A DNA stretch of 64,000 nt. It comes from Octopus sinensis. Taxonomy: Eukaryota. The stretch's first letter is position 1, and each line of letters opens with the position of its first letter. The position numbers and the translations under genes are program-made. Shown here piece by piece: positions 43,499 to 59,712 of this stretch. Where the stretch lies: assembly GCF_006345805.1 (NCBI RefSeq), contig NC_043003.1:59830001-59894000 (forward strand), in the 5' to 3' direction. The notes beneath the pieces were generated by a model, which had not been told where the DNA came from, searched no databases, and worked only from the letters and a program-made list of their open reading frames with translations.

Positions 43499-44245
43499 AA
43501 TAACAACAGCAACAATAATAATAATTATAATTATTATTATCATTATTATTTCAAATTTTTGTCAAGAGGGCAACTTGTGGGAGATGGGGATGAGTTGATT
43601 ACATCAAACCCCAGTGTTCAACTGGTACTTAATTTATTGACTCCGAAAAGATGAAAGGCAAAGTCGACCTCGGCGGAATTTGAACTCAGGACGTAGCGAC
43701 GGGAGAATTACCGCTAAGCATTTCGTCCAGTGTGCTAACGATTCTCCTAGCTCACCGCCTTAACAACAGCAACAACAACAACAATATAATAATAATAATA
43801 ATAATAATAATATAATAATAATAATAATAATAACTTCATTTATTTGCCAAAAGGGCGAAGGATGAGGGGTACAATGCAAAGACAGATATAAAGTGTGGGG
43901 GTTTACATGTAATGAAATGATAATAAAAAAAAAGGCCTACAATTTTTCGGGGAATATTCGACTGGTACTTATTTTGACGGCCCAGGAAAGACTAAAAGCG
44001 AAAACAATCTCCACAGTATTTGAACACAGTACGTCAAGAGCAAGAAGAAATGACGTTCTAATAAGTCTGCCAGCTCACCGACTTAAAATTGCTTCAAATT
44101 TTTGACACAAGGCCAGTTAATTTTAGTGGTAGGTGGTTGGTCGATTTATGGACCCCAATGCTCAAGTGGTACTTATTTTATCGAACCCAAAATGATGAAG
44201 AGCAAAGTCGACCGTGGTAGGGTTTTGAGCTTAGAATGTTAAGAG
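43245..44245 (-). mobile_element. Head-to-tail array of four family-B SINEs, partly separated by (CAA/AAT)n
   Basis: Copies at about 43245-43451, 43551-43760, 43930-44082 and 44090-44245, all on the same strand, with differing divergence. Confidence 0.85.
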
Positions 44246-44735
44246 TTCATTCGTGTTAAGCAGTAGTTTTTCTTAGGTGTGTTGATGAAACAATCAGAAA
44301 AAAAAACATTCCTTCTACCTTTAATCCATATAAAATTTCTTGTTTATCTTTAATTCATAGACAAGGACATCTTAAAACAATTTTCGTTATCAAAAGAAAA
44401 AAAAAACTATCTATGTTTCTAAATTATCTGTAACCTTCCATTTTGAGGCTATTCGCTTGCATGTGAATGCGGAAAGACAATTTCATTTATTTATTACATT
44501 TTTTTTACGTATCTTCCCTTTTCTGTAACCCCCACCCAACATTTTTTCATTCCTTCTTTTTGTTGTTTTTCTTTTGTTCTTTACAATTTTTACTGGAAAT
44601 AATTGGTGCTAAATAAGAAAAGGGGGAAGAAAAAGAGGAAATAAAAGATTATTTAGAATAAAGATTATCTCTTAAGGTAATCTGTTCACCTTTACTTTTT
44701 TTTTTAATTTTACGTTCCTTTTGTTCGATACACAG

Positions 44736-44770
44736 CATGTGATGAGGCTTCAAAGTAAGCTTAATTATAG
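44736..44770 (+). other. Candidate 35-nt microexon
   Basis: A long T/C tract and acacag acceptor end at 44735; consensus donor AG|GTAAGT at 44770/44771. Open in phase 0 (HVMRLQSKLNY). No transcript evidence. Confidence 0.3.
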
Positions 44771-44868
44771 GTAAGTGGCAGTATTGGCCTGTTAACTCAG
44801 GTTTACAGGTAACATAGCTTTACAGTCGACGTTCGCAGCTGTCCCACGAGAATGACCTCCCTTTGCTA

Positions 44869-44876
44869 TGACGTCA
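44869..44876. promoter_or_regulatory. Full CRE palindrome TGACGTCA in a unique-sequence island
   Basis: Exact consensus match; a single 8-mer can occur by chance. Confidence 0.3.
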
Positions 44877-45450
44877 TTATTTACAATGTCCATAACTATT
44901 TCTTATAAGAGATAAAACGTTAGATAAAGATGCCGTTTGAACAGGAAATATGGACATTCGAGCTTTAGGAGGTTACTGGGATAAGCATATGTGAAGAATG
45001 ATAAACATATATGAAATATTACATATACACGAGATTGTGTAGCGTATGACTAGATATACGAATACATACGCATTTTTATCTTCACGTACGTACATATGCG
45101 AATAAGTGTTAAGTGAGTGTGTGTGTTTGCTTGTGTGAGTAAACATGAATGTTGATGATGGACATCGTCATCCTTGCACAAGGGTGACACTTACTTGAAA
45201 CTATACGCAAATACTTATAATGCAAGCACAGAAACACAACAGACTGTATATCGCAATACCTACAAAATATATCAGCGTGTGCAAAGTCAAATATACACGT
45301 GTACGTATGTTCAAATAGAGACAGGTACACACACACACGCACGCACACACGCACACACACACACACACCACACACACACACACCACACACACACACACAT
45401 ATATGCTTGTGTATGTATGTACCTATATACCTATATATATATATACCTAT

Positions 45451-45492
<42 letters not shown>

Positions 45493-45512
45493 CATGTATC
45501 TTGATATATATA

Positions 45513-45588
<76 letters not shown>

Positions 45589-47404
45589 ATATATATATGC
45601 TTGTGTATATGTGTGTGTATATATGTACGTGTATATATATATATATGTATGTACACGTAAATATATATGTATATATATATGTGTGTGTGTATGTGTGTGT
45701 GTGTGTACGCGTATATGTGTTTGTGTTTGTGTACACATACGCATAATTACATAGACAGAAAAAGAGAAAGACAACAGAGAAATAAATGGATACATAGATA
45801 AAGAGGAGGTAGTTAAAGAAATTCCCATTTTAGCCAAATCTTATTACTCGGTATAAATTTGCCTTTTGACCCGCAAGATGGATTAATTACTAAAATAAGC
45901 AACAGTCCACTCAATCATGCCTTTGTTGATCTTTCTCCAAGCTATATGTCTACATTGCAATTTCTGTAGATTTTGCTGAAGGAACCATCTGCCTTCCGAT
46001 ATTGATGTGCGAGAGAAGTAGTGGAAGAAAGAGAGTCACTGAGCAAGTGAGCGAGAGAGAGGGAGATTTTACAGTGTGTGTGTATGTGTGTGTGTGTGTT
46101 TGTGTGTTTGTGTGTATGTGTGTGAGAGAGAGAGAGAGAGAGTCTGTATTGAAAACAATGAAAAAGAATGTAGCGTGTATGTGTAAGTGTACATATTTTT
46201 CTCTTTGTGTATATGCATGTATGCGTGTAAGTACATATATAAGTAAATATGTGTAAACACTCACATACACGCACACACACACAAACGCACAAACACGCAC
46301 ACACATGCAAACGCACAAACACACACACACACACGCACACACACACGCATATGTATACATACAGGCATATATATACATATAAAAATAGATCGATAAACAC
46401 ACATAGATATGTTTATGTATATGTGTGTGTAAATTCACATAGCATGTATATATGTATATATATATACACTCACACACATATATATACATATATGTACTTA
46501 TATTTACACACAGACACATACGTATACGCACACATACATCTATGTATGCATCTATACATGAATGTTTGTATGTGTATAGAAATAAAGATATGCATACCAC
46601 CACAAAATTGACGTTTGAATAGACAGAAAGATAGAAAAATATTGTGTGAAATAGTTGAGAAAGAGAACAAAAGATTGTGTGAGAAATGAAAAATATAGCA
46701 GAAATAGAAGTTAATGGGTGTCAGAGGATGAGAGCGAGTGTGAGGAAGAGAGAAGTGGCATAAAATTGTTTATATTGTTGTCGTTGTAATTATAGCTTAT
46801 ATCCCCGAAGATCAATCATTGGGATATGTTCGCTCTTTCATAAATAAATTAAAGATATATAGGTGAAGGGAATAGTCGAGTATGGAAAATTAGCACCCCT
46901 GCGCACGCATACACGAGCGTACACGCACTCACTTACACTGACATATAAGAATGCACATACATGCATTCTTACACTCATGCACGTATAACACATACATACA
47001 TGCATATATCTATATCTGTATATATATGTGTGTGTATTTGTGTGTGTATGTGTGTGTGGATATATATATGCACATACACATGCTTATGTGTGTCTGTATA
47101 TATGCCGTACTTTGTCTGTCCCTCTGTATCTCTCTCTCTCTCACTCACTCTAGACACACACACACACACTCTCTCTCTTTCTCTCTCTCTCACACACACA
47201 CATAAACACACACACGTGTGTGTGTAAAATATATTTAGAATTATTGATAAGAAACATGGTATGCGCTTACAAAATTTCATGAAAAATTGCCAAATTCGAA
47301 ACCAGCAGAAAAATTCTTCTAAATATATTGTTTAAAATACGGAAGGCTTCATCTCAGTTTTTAGGCATCGATGCTTACCTAAGAGTCACTAGATATTTCA
47401 AGAC

Positions 47405-47462
47405 TGCATAATTTCTAAAGGTGCTATGCAGTTGAATATGCAGAAGCACTTTTAGAAGTGCA
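47405..47462. other. 58-nt imperfect hairpin (pre-miRNA-sized)
   Basis: ttctaaaggtgct pairs with agcacttttagaa, with inner and outer tgca/tgca pairs and an 8-nt loop. The basal stem is weak. Confidence 0.25.
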
Positions 47463-48257
47463 TCCACTTTATCATATAACGACCAGATTATATGTAACCA
47501 AATATGTCCTGAAACAATAATTAAGGAAATAAATAAATGAATATTTTCAAATAGTTGGCTTGCTACCCCCCCCCCCCAAAAAAAAAAAGCAAAAATGAAT
47601 GACACGTAAAGCAGACCAGGAATAGGTATCACAAATAGCGATGAAAGATTTTGTAAAACCTAGTTGTTAGATTTATTGGCCAGACTAGAATTCATATAAA
47701 CGATTAGATAAAGATTGATTAAACAAGTGATGAATAAGATCAAGAAGTGAAATAGTACCAATTATTGGTATAATGACCCATACAAAATACTTCAAAATAT
47801 TTCAACACACGAATTAATTTCAAGAGTCCTGCAAATCAAATACAAAGTCGAAAACTTCGAGACTATAGTTTAAATATCATGCTTGATATTCTGATGATAA
47901 TTTGCTTTTTCAGAGAGAAACTAAGGTACACTCTGATCGAGTTAACTAACATATTATGAAATTCGTACATAGCATACAATCAACCATTTTAAACATGGCC
48001 TTCCTCTCTTATCAGAAAGATAGTTGCGTTGCGTTTTAGAATTTTTAAATCTGAGATTTTATCTTCGTCCTTACCGTAGATGAAACGAACTGCCGCATAA
48101 AGGCTAGAAATCGAAACCTCATCGTCTGATGTTTTTGAGAGATTCGTGTACTACGGTGACTCCTCTTAATCTGCCTGATTTCTTGTAGCACTGGAAATCA
48201 AATGAATTACTGGCACACTTTGCGTGGAAACTGAAAAGAACGCCTTAAAATTAAATG

Positions 48258-48461
48258 GGCGTAGGAGTGGCTGTGTGGTAAGTAGCTTGCTTACCAACCA
48301 CATGGTTCCGGGTTCAGTCACACTGCGTGACACCTTGGGCAAATGTCTTCTACTATAGCTTCGGGCCGACCAAAGCCTTGTGAGTGGATTTGGTAGACGA
48401 AACTGAAAGAAGCCCGTCGTATATATGTGTATATATATATATATATATGTGTGTGTGCTTG

Positions 48462-48492
<31 letters not shown>

Positions 48493-48703
48493 TGTGTGTG
48501 TGTTTGTGTGTCTGTCTTTGTCCCCCAACATCGTTTGAAAACCGATGCTGGTGTGTTTACGTCCCCGTAACTTAGCGGTTTTGCAAAAGGGGCCGATAGA
48601 ATAAGTACTAGGCTTACAAAGAATAAGTCCTGGGTTCGATTTGCTCGACTAAAGGCGATGCTCCAGCATGTCCACAGTCAAATGACAGAAACAACTAAAA
48701 GAG
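48258..48703 (+). mobile_element. Full-length family-A SINE
   Basis: ggcgtaggagtggctgtgtggtaagtagc through aacaactaaaagag, near consensus. Confidence 0.93.
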
Positions 48704-49009
48704 TTTTTTAGAAATAATATTGCTAATGAATATATCAACATTAAGAATAACATATTTTCCAAATCACGTAATCATTATCGTACGGATTGTTTAAGGTCGT
48801 AAATAATACCTTAAATATCATAACCGTGACAGACAATTTATACCAAAGATTAGCTCTATACATCTGAAGAAGAGAAAAGGCAGCTTTAGTTTCTTCCTAA
48901 AATCTTTTGGTTACACAATAAATTATGGAAATAAAGAAAACTACCATGTCTTCAGAAATTGCTTACCAGACCAGGTTTGAATAGCCAACATTACAGACTC
49001 TTACCACTA

Positions 49010-49041
49010 CCACCATCCAATCATCATCATCATCATCATCC

Positions 49042-49082
<41 letters not shown>

Positions 49083-49932
49083 GTAGTCGTCGTCTTCATG
49101 ACCAGCACCCCACCACCACCACCAGCATCATCATCATCTTCATCATCATCATAATCATCATCATCATCATCATTATCATCATCACTATCACTATCACCCA
49201 CCAGCAACATCATCATCATCATCAATGCCAACATCATCACCAGGTAAATCGCCATCATCATCGTCTTTGATATCATCACCACCACCATCCGATCATCATC
49301 ATCGTTGTCGTCGTCAACACCATCAGCAGCAGCACCACCACCACCACTATCATCATCATCATCACCATCACTAGCATCATGAGCAGCAACGTCACCACCT
49401 CATCATAATTATCATCACCAGCAACGTCGCCGCCTTCGTCGTCGTTGGCATCACCACCACCACCACCACCATCGTCTGCTCCCCCATCTTCCTCAATATC
49501 GTCGTAAATCCCTCCTCACCAAACCAAATGATTCAATTAGATCTCTTCCACCAAAAGACCTAACACGAAATTGCCAGCAATATGTGATATTTGTTGGCTG
49601 ATTCCATCTACGAATACACACTTTCTACTGTGTCAAGGCAACACATCCTACATACACTAATTTCAATGTCGCGTTGCTTGCTATTCACACCTGACTACTT
49701 CATTAACAGGTGTGTTATTTAAATATAGTTTTTTTTTTTTAAAAGCAAAAAAAAAGAAAAGAAATAAAAATGAATAAAGAAAACGTCAAATTCTTACAAA
49801 CCTACACACAAAACAAAACGATAATCATCGAGTGACACTTCATTAATCACGTGCAAGATAACTTGATCTAGATAACGACAGTTCAGTCTGAGTTTAATCA
49901 GTCGATCATCATCATCATCATCATCGTCGTCG

Positions 49933-49975
<43 letters not shown>

Positions 49976-50225
49976 TATCTCCGTCATCACCATCATCATC
50001 ATTAATATCGTCGTCGTCGTCATTATCATAATATTCATCATCATTGCTATCATCATCATCATCATTATCATCGTCGTCGTCGTCGTCGTCGACGTCCTCT
50101 TCGTCGCCGTCGTCGTCTTCTTCGTCGTCATCGTCGTCGTCGTCATTATCATCATCAGTATAATCATCATCGTCATTAACATCATCAACATCGACGTCGT
50201 TGTCATCATCATCATCATCATCATT
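49010..50225. repeat. Two (CAT/CGT/CAC)n blocks (49010-49480 and 49905-50225)
   Basis: Visible trinucleotide repeats; the source of the poly-H, poly-D and poly-M ORFs. Confidence 0.92.
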
Positions 50226-50294
50226 ATATCTTATATGTTCGTCGCTATCACCTTCTACAGCAATAGCAACTACAGTAATATTCCTCTCTACTTT

Positions 50295-50718
50295 AAGCAC
50301 AAAGCCAGAAATTTTGGGAACGAGGCAAAACGATTATATCAACCCAAGTGCTCAACTGGTACTAATTTCATCGTCTCTAAAAGGATGGAAGGCAAAGTCC
50401 ACCTCGGCGGAATTTCAACGGATGAAATGCGGTCAAGCACTTTGTTTGGCATGTTAATTTTTCTGCCACCTCACCGCCTTAATAACAATAATAATAATAA
50501 CGGTGATGTCAAATATTGCCACGAGGTCAGAAAATTGAGGGTGTTCAATTGGTACTCAGTTCGTACACTCGATCCCAGTGCTCAATTGGTACTCATTTTA
50601 TCGGCCTCGAAATGAGAAAAGGTAAAGTTGACCTCGGCGGAATTTGAACTCAGAACGTAACGACGGACGAAATGCCACTAAGCATTTTCCGGCGTGCTAA
50701 CGATTCTGCCAGCTCGCC
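50295..50718 (-). mobile_element. Two tandem family-B SINEs separated by (AAT)n
   Basis: Copies at 50295-50479 and about 50508-50718, each with aaagt(c/t)(c/g)acctcggcggaattt. Confidence 0.85.
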
Positions 50719-50848
50719 CAGTTTCATGACTGTGTCGATAAAATAATGCATTTGGATGTTACTTTAGTGTGTTGATTCAAATTGGCAGAAAAAATGATAT
50801 GAACAGGAGACAAAGACTATGAAAATGAAAAAAAATTACAGACTTACA

Positions 50849-51258
50849 GGTGTTGGAGTGGCTGTGTGGTAAGGAGCTTCCTTACGAACCACATGGTTCC
50901 GGGTTCTGTCCCACTGCGTGGCACCTTGGGCAAGTGTCTTCTACTATAGCCTCGGGTCGACCAAAGCCTTGTGGGTTGATTTGGTAGATGGAAACTGAAA
51001 GAAGCCCGTCGTATGTATGTATATATATATATGCATGTGTGTGTATATGTTTGTATCTCTGTGTTTGTCCCCACCAACATCGCTTGACAACCGATGCTGG
51101 TGTGTTTACGTCCCCGTAATTAGCGGTTCGGCAAAAGAGACCGATAGAATAAGTACTAGGCTTACTAAAAATAAGTCCTGGGATCGATTTGCTCGACTAA
51201 AGGCGGTGCTCCAACATGGCCACAGTCAAATAACAGAAACAAGTAAAAGAGTAAAAGA
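50849..51258 (+). mobile_element. Full-length family-A SINE
   Basis: ggagtggctgtgtggtaagg through aacaagtaaaagagtaaaaga. Confidence 0.93.
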
Positions 51259-51373
51259 AGTAATTTTATGAGACTTCACAAAGACTGACTATGGTTTGAG
51301 GTATGAAGACTAGCTATGACTGTAGAGTAGAGAAGAACTCTAGTGCTATAAGGCCATAGACTTTGCACTACCA

Positions 51374-51558
51374 TACTCTTTTACTCTTTTACTTGTTTCA
51401 GTCATTTGACTGCGGTCACCCTGGAGCACCGCCTTTCAGTCGAACAAATCGACCCCAAGACTTATTCTTTGTAAGCCTAGTAATTATTCTATCGGTCTAT
51501 TTTGCCGAACGTCTAGTTTGTCAAGCGATTGTGGCGGAGGGACAAACACAGACACACA

Positions 51559-51595
<37 letters not shown>

Positions 51596-51606
51596 ATATA
51601 TATATA

Positions 51607-51650
<44 letters not shown>

Positions 51651-52111
51651 GTATGTATATATCTATATGTATATAATCAAAATAAGCAACAAGAATATCC
51701 AGAAGTAATGCAGTACGATCGTTTCATGCAACTCCATTTAATTGAACAATGCAATCATTACATCAATTTAAAATGTATAGCAATCCTCAGTTGCACAAAG
51801 ACATAGACTTTAATTAGATTAGAACAGAGAGTATAATTATACTAATGTGACCATCTGTTGTAATTTAATTAAATTCTATGTCTTTGTGTAGCTGAAGATT
51901 GCTCTACATTTTAAATTGATGTAATGATGGCATTGTTCAATTAAATGGAGTGGCATCAAACGATCGTACTTCATTACCTCTGAATATCCTTGTTGCTTAT
52001 TTTGATTTTAATCACCTTTGAAATTGTATGGATAATGCCGTACCAAATTCTGATGCCTCAACTTAAGTACCATATTCATCTGAATCTATCTATCTATCTA
52101 TCTACCTACCT

Positions 52112-52170
<59 letters not shown>

Positions 52171-52324
52171 CGACGGACTTCTTTCAGTTTCCGTCAACCA
52201 AATCCACTCACAAGGATTTGGTCGGCCCGAGGCTATAGTAGAAAGCATTTTGCCAAGGAGCCATGCTGTAGGACTGAACAAGAAACCATGTGGTTGGAAA
52301 GCAAGCTTCTCACCACACAGCCAC
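51374..52324 (-). mobile_element. Family-A SINE split by a foldback element inserted in its central (TA)n
   Basis: Tail at 51374-51560 and head at about 52170-52324, same orientation and colinear. Confidence 0.85.
51675..52089. mobile_element. Foldback (MITE-like) element: 142-bp inverted arms, 49-nt spacer, ~80-bp asymmetric extension
   Basis: 51675-51816 versus the reverse complement of 51866-52007: 12 mismatches in 142 bp (~92%), no gaps. The extension is shared with 2986-3057. Confidence 0.9.
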
Positions 52325-52337
52325 ATAGAGTTCATAC

Positions 52338-52640
52338 CAAAGTGAGAAATATCAAGACTCGTCTAGGGAGATGAAAAGACTGTGGAACACAAAGGCGACA
52401 GGTTTTCTTGCTGTAATTAGTGAATTTTGCACAACACTGAAACTGCTACCTAAGGAGCTGAAGTATATTGGAATTGAAACATGCATTATTGCCCTGAAGA
52501 AATGTGGCATTCTGGGTTTTACAAAAATAATAAGAAAGATTCATGATGTTTGTGGAGACTTGTTGCCAAACCTCATGATGAATTCCCTTCTCACTAGATC
52601 ATTATGTGCTAGTTTTTGAATAATAATAATAATAATAATG

Positions 52641-52673
<33 letters not shown>

Positions 52674-52686
52674 TTAATAATAATAC
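52338..52686 (+). mobile_element. 5'-truncated non-LTR retrotransposon 3' end, restriction-like-endonuclease type (R4/Dong-like), with (TAA)n tail
   Basis: The frame reads SEKYQDSSREMKRLWNTK...LKKCGILGFTKIIRKIH. This fits the KxxKYxxLxxExxxxW...LQKxxLLGTxxIxR C-terminal pattern of RLE LINEs. It runs into (TAA)n at 52620-52686. Confidence 0.75.
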
Positions 52687-52717
52687 AATTATGACAAATA
52701 TCTAAAAACACTGCTAC

Positions 52718-52754
<37 letters not shown>

Positions 52755-53214
52755 TATGATGATGATGATGATGATGACGATGCTTGTAGTGATGGCTCTT
52801 GTCGTGAAGATCATGATGATATTGGCGCAGGTAGTATCTGTAGTGTGGTTGCAGTGTTGTGATAGCGTCGAATGTAGTTGTGGTGATGACGGTGGTGTAG
52901 AAGATGATGTTTATGATTGTTTGTCGATGGTGTTTGTTTCTGATATTGAAAGTGTTAGTTGTTATATTTTGTATTAGTGGCAACATATGTTTGATAATAC
53001 TTCAGAGTTTTTGCAGAAACGGTAAATCTTATCGCAATGATAGATAGATAGATAGATAGTAGTAATAGCAGTAGCAGCAGCAGCGACAACAGTAGTTTTA
53101 TAGACCACTTCTATCTTTTTAACTAAGCGCTCCACCTTATTAACAAAGAATAAGTTACTTTTATAGACAAGCCGTAGGGCTTTTTGCATTTTATAACATT
53201 GATGATGATGATTA

Positions 53215-57136
<3,922 letters not shown>

Positions 57137-58546
57137 GAAATGCATTTGCTCAAAAGTCTTTTCAATTCGAGTTGACCATGGAGCTAAATAATAGCTACAA
57201 TAAACAACATCGCATTCAGCATCAGCATTTTCAACAACAATATAACAGCAACAGCGGCTACGTGAACAAAACGCACTCGTATTACTTATAAATTTCTTGC
57301 CATGTGTCACAGAAAAAGTAAGGAATAATTAAATTTGGTATTTAATTAATTAAGCGTTATTCTGGTCAGATATCTAAGATTTTTATTTCTGTTTTTTTTT
57401 TTCTTAATTCTTTTTTCTTTAATACGTTTTCTCAATCATTTCTTAGCTGACATTCTAATCTATTCCACGTAATTAAACAACGGCCGTTCTTAAAATACGC
57501 TGCATACCTAGTTTAGTTTGGTCGACTGATTCACATAATGTATTTAATCAGTTAAAGTTTACATCAATAGACGCTGAAAGTCAAATTCCACTGTTATTTA
57601 CTGTTCCAAAACAATAGTAGAAAAAGAAGAGAAAAGGCGTAAACTGTTCACATTTGAACAGTAAGTTACACAATGGAGCAGTACGTTAAATAAGACTGTT
57701 TGTTATTGTTGTTGTTGTTGTGTTCTAGAGAAAAGGAATCAAATAATTCATTGAGTTCATTATTCGATTAATTGATCGATTGACTGCTTTTGACAATGAA
57801 CGTTTATTTCTAGGTCAATTAATTCCATTCCTTCAAATTGTACGAAATTTCAGACTAGACATTTTCTTCAGCATTTTATACAATTTCCTCCCCATTTTTT
57901 GATGTTTTTTTTTATACATTAATTCGAGCAGCCGATTATCATAGAATATCATTTTGAACCGATCGAAGTAAATAAATCCATCAACCAACTGTTCCAGCAT
58001 GAACATTGTAATAATAATGATTTAAAGCTTCTGCAAAGAACGAAATAAGGTGACTATTATGAAAGAATATATGAACGGAAAGTGTTCTTAGTAACAAAAA
58101 TATTCTACTTGTACATTGTAAACTGTGCTTACGCTGCGTCTAATAATTCATCGCCGGCTAATCTTTTAGCAGACACCGAGGAAATGGAGTAGGACGCATT
58201 CAGTGTATACAGTTTCACATACATGAACCCAAAGCAAAACAAACATCATAAATATAAATCTATCGATACGTATGGAATTCACGTACGGATATGTCTAATT
58301 CTTGTTCCATCTCTAGATGTCGCTACCATATCACCCTCCTAAAAGGCTGTGTTCTGTACTGCTCCCCACCTCCCGTACTTTTGGTATTCCGCTAATGTAT
58401 CGCCCAGAGCATTTTCACCACTAACAATTTCACGTCAGGTTGTGTGTAGTGGGAAGCTAAATGGGGACTACTCCTGTTGGCTGGCCGTAGTAATCGAAGA
58501 AAACATGGCTGGATCTGGAAGCTGCTGGTCTCTCTCTCCCCCTCTT

Positions 58547-58585
<39 letters not shown>

Positions 58586-59102
58586 TTCTATCTCTCCCTC
58601 GTACTTTGATTTGCATGCTATAAATAAACAGTTTATTTCCGGGGGCCTCAGCTTATACAAACAAGATGCCACCACCACCACCAACATCACCACCACTACC
58701 ACCATCGCCACCACCACCACTACCACCACTACCACCACTACCACCGCCACCATCGCCATCACTATCACCATCATCACCACCACAGTTATCATCATTTACG
58801 TCGTTCTTCTCATTGCTTTCCTCAGCAATATCTCTCTTAACATTTCTCCCCCCCCTTGTTCATTCATTAACATTACACCCTCTCTAACTCGTTCTCTGTC
58901 TATCAATCTAACTCTCTCTCTCTCTAACTCTCTCTCTCTCTCTCTCTCTCTTCTCTGTCTGTTCCACAGCATCAATATTACAATCTTTTCTAATATTGCT
59001 ACTACAGCTATCATTATAGGTTTATAATCACCACCACCACCACTACCATCCTCCCCCTCCTCCTCACCATCATCATCACCCAGAACAATAAAATCTCCCA
59101 AA

Positions 59103-59135
<33 letters not shown>

Positions 59136-59157
59136 TAATAATAATAATAATAATAAC

Positions 59158-59191
<34 letters not shown>

Positions 59192-59446
59192 TAATAATAA
59201 TAATAATAACAACAATAATAATAATAATAGTAACAATATAATGATGATGATGATTAAAGAAAAGATGTAAAGAAATATAAAAGCATGAACAAATGATATA
59301 CTAAAATTCTACAAAAAATGTATTTTAAGGATATTGGGATTCGTTACATGTAATGAACACACATAAAAAAGCACACACACACTCATGGGTGTAGATAAAT
59401 CTCTGTTCTATTCTCAAACACACGCATATATATACATATATACATA

Positions 59447-59486
<40 letters not shown>

Positions 59487-59542
59487 GTATATATGTATAT
59501 GTAATATATATATATAGATATATATGTATATATATAGATAGA

Positions 59543-59712
<170 letters not shown>

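Noticed and set aside
45109-45837. Long IYIY/CVCV/HTHT ORFs (also 54013-54366 and 56584-57175)
   Set aside because: Pure (AT)n, (GT)n and (AC)n microsatellites, which contain no stop codons.
49794-50300. 168-aa poly-Asp ORF resembling a biomineralisation protein
   Set aside because: GTG start, body is (CAT/CGT)n repeat read on the minus strand, begins in a SINE edge, and has no signal peptide or splice support.
32938-51080. Recurrent ORF motif YSRRHLPKVPRSGTEPGTMW (ORFs at 32945, 48166 and 50844; also 1063)
   Set aside because: It is the antisense translation of the family-A SINE head, not a gene family.
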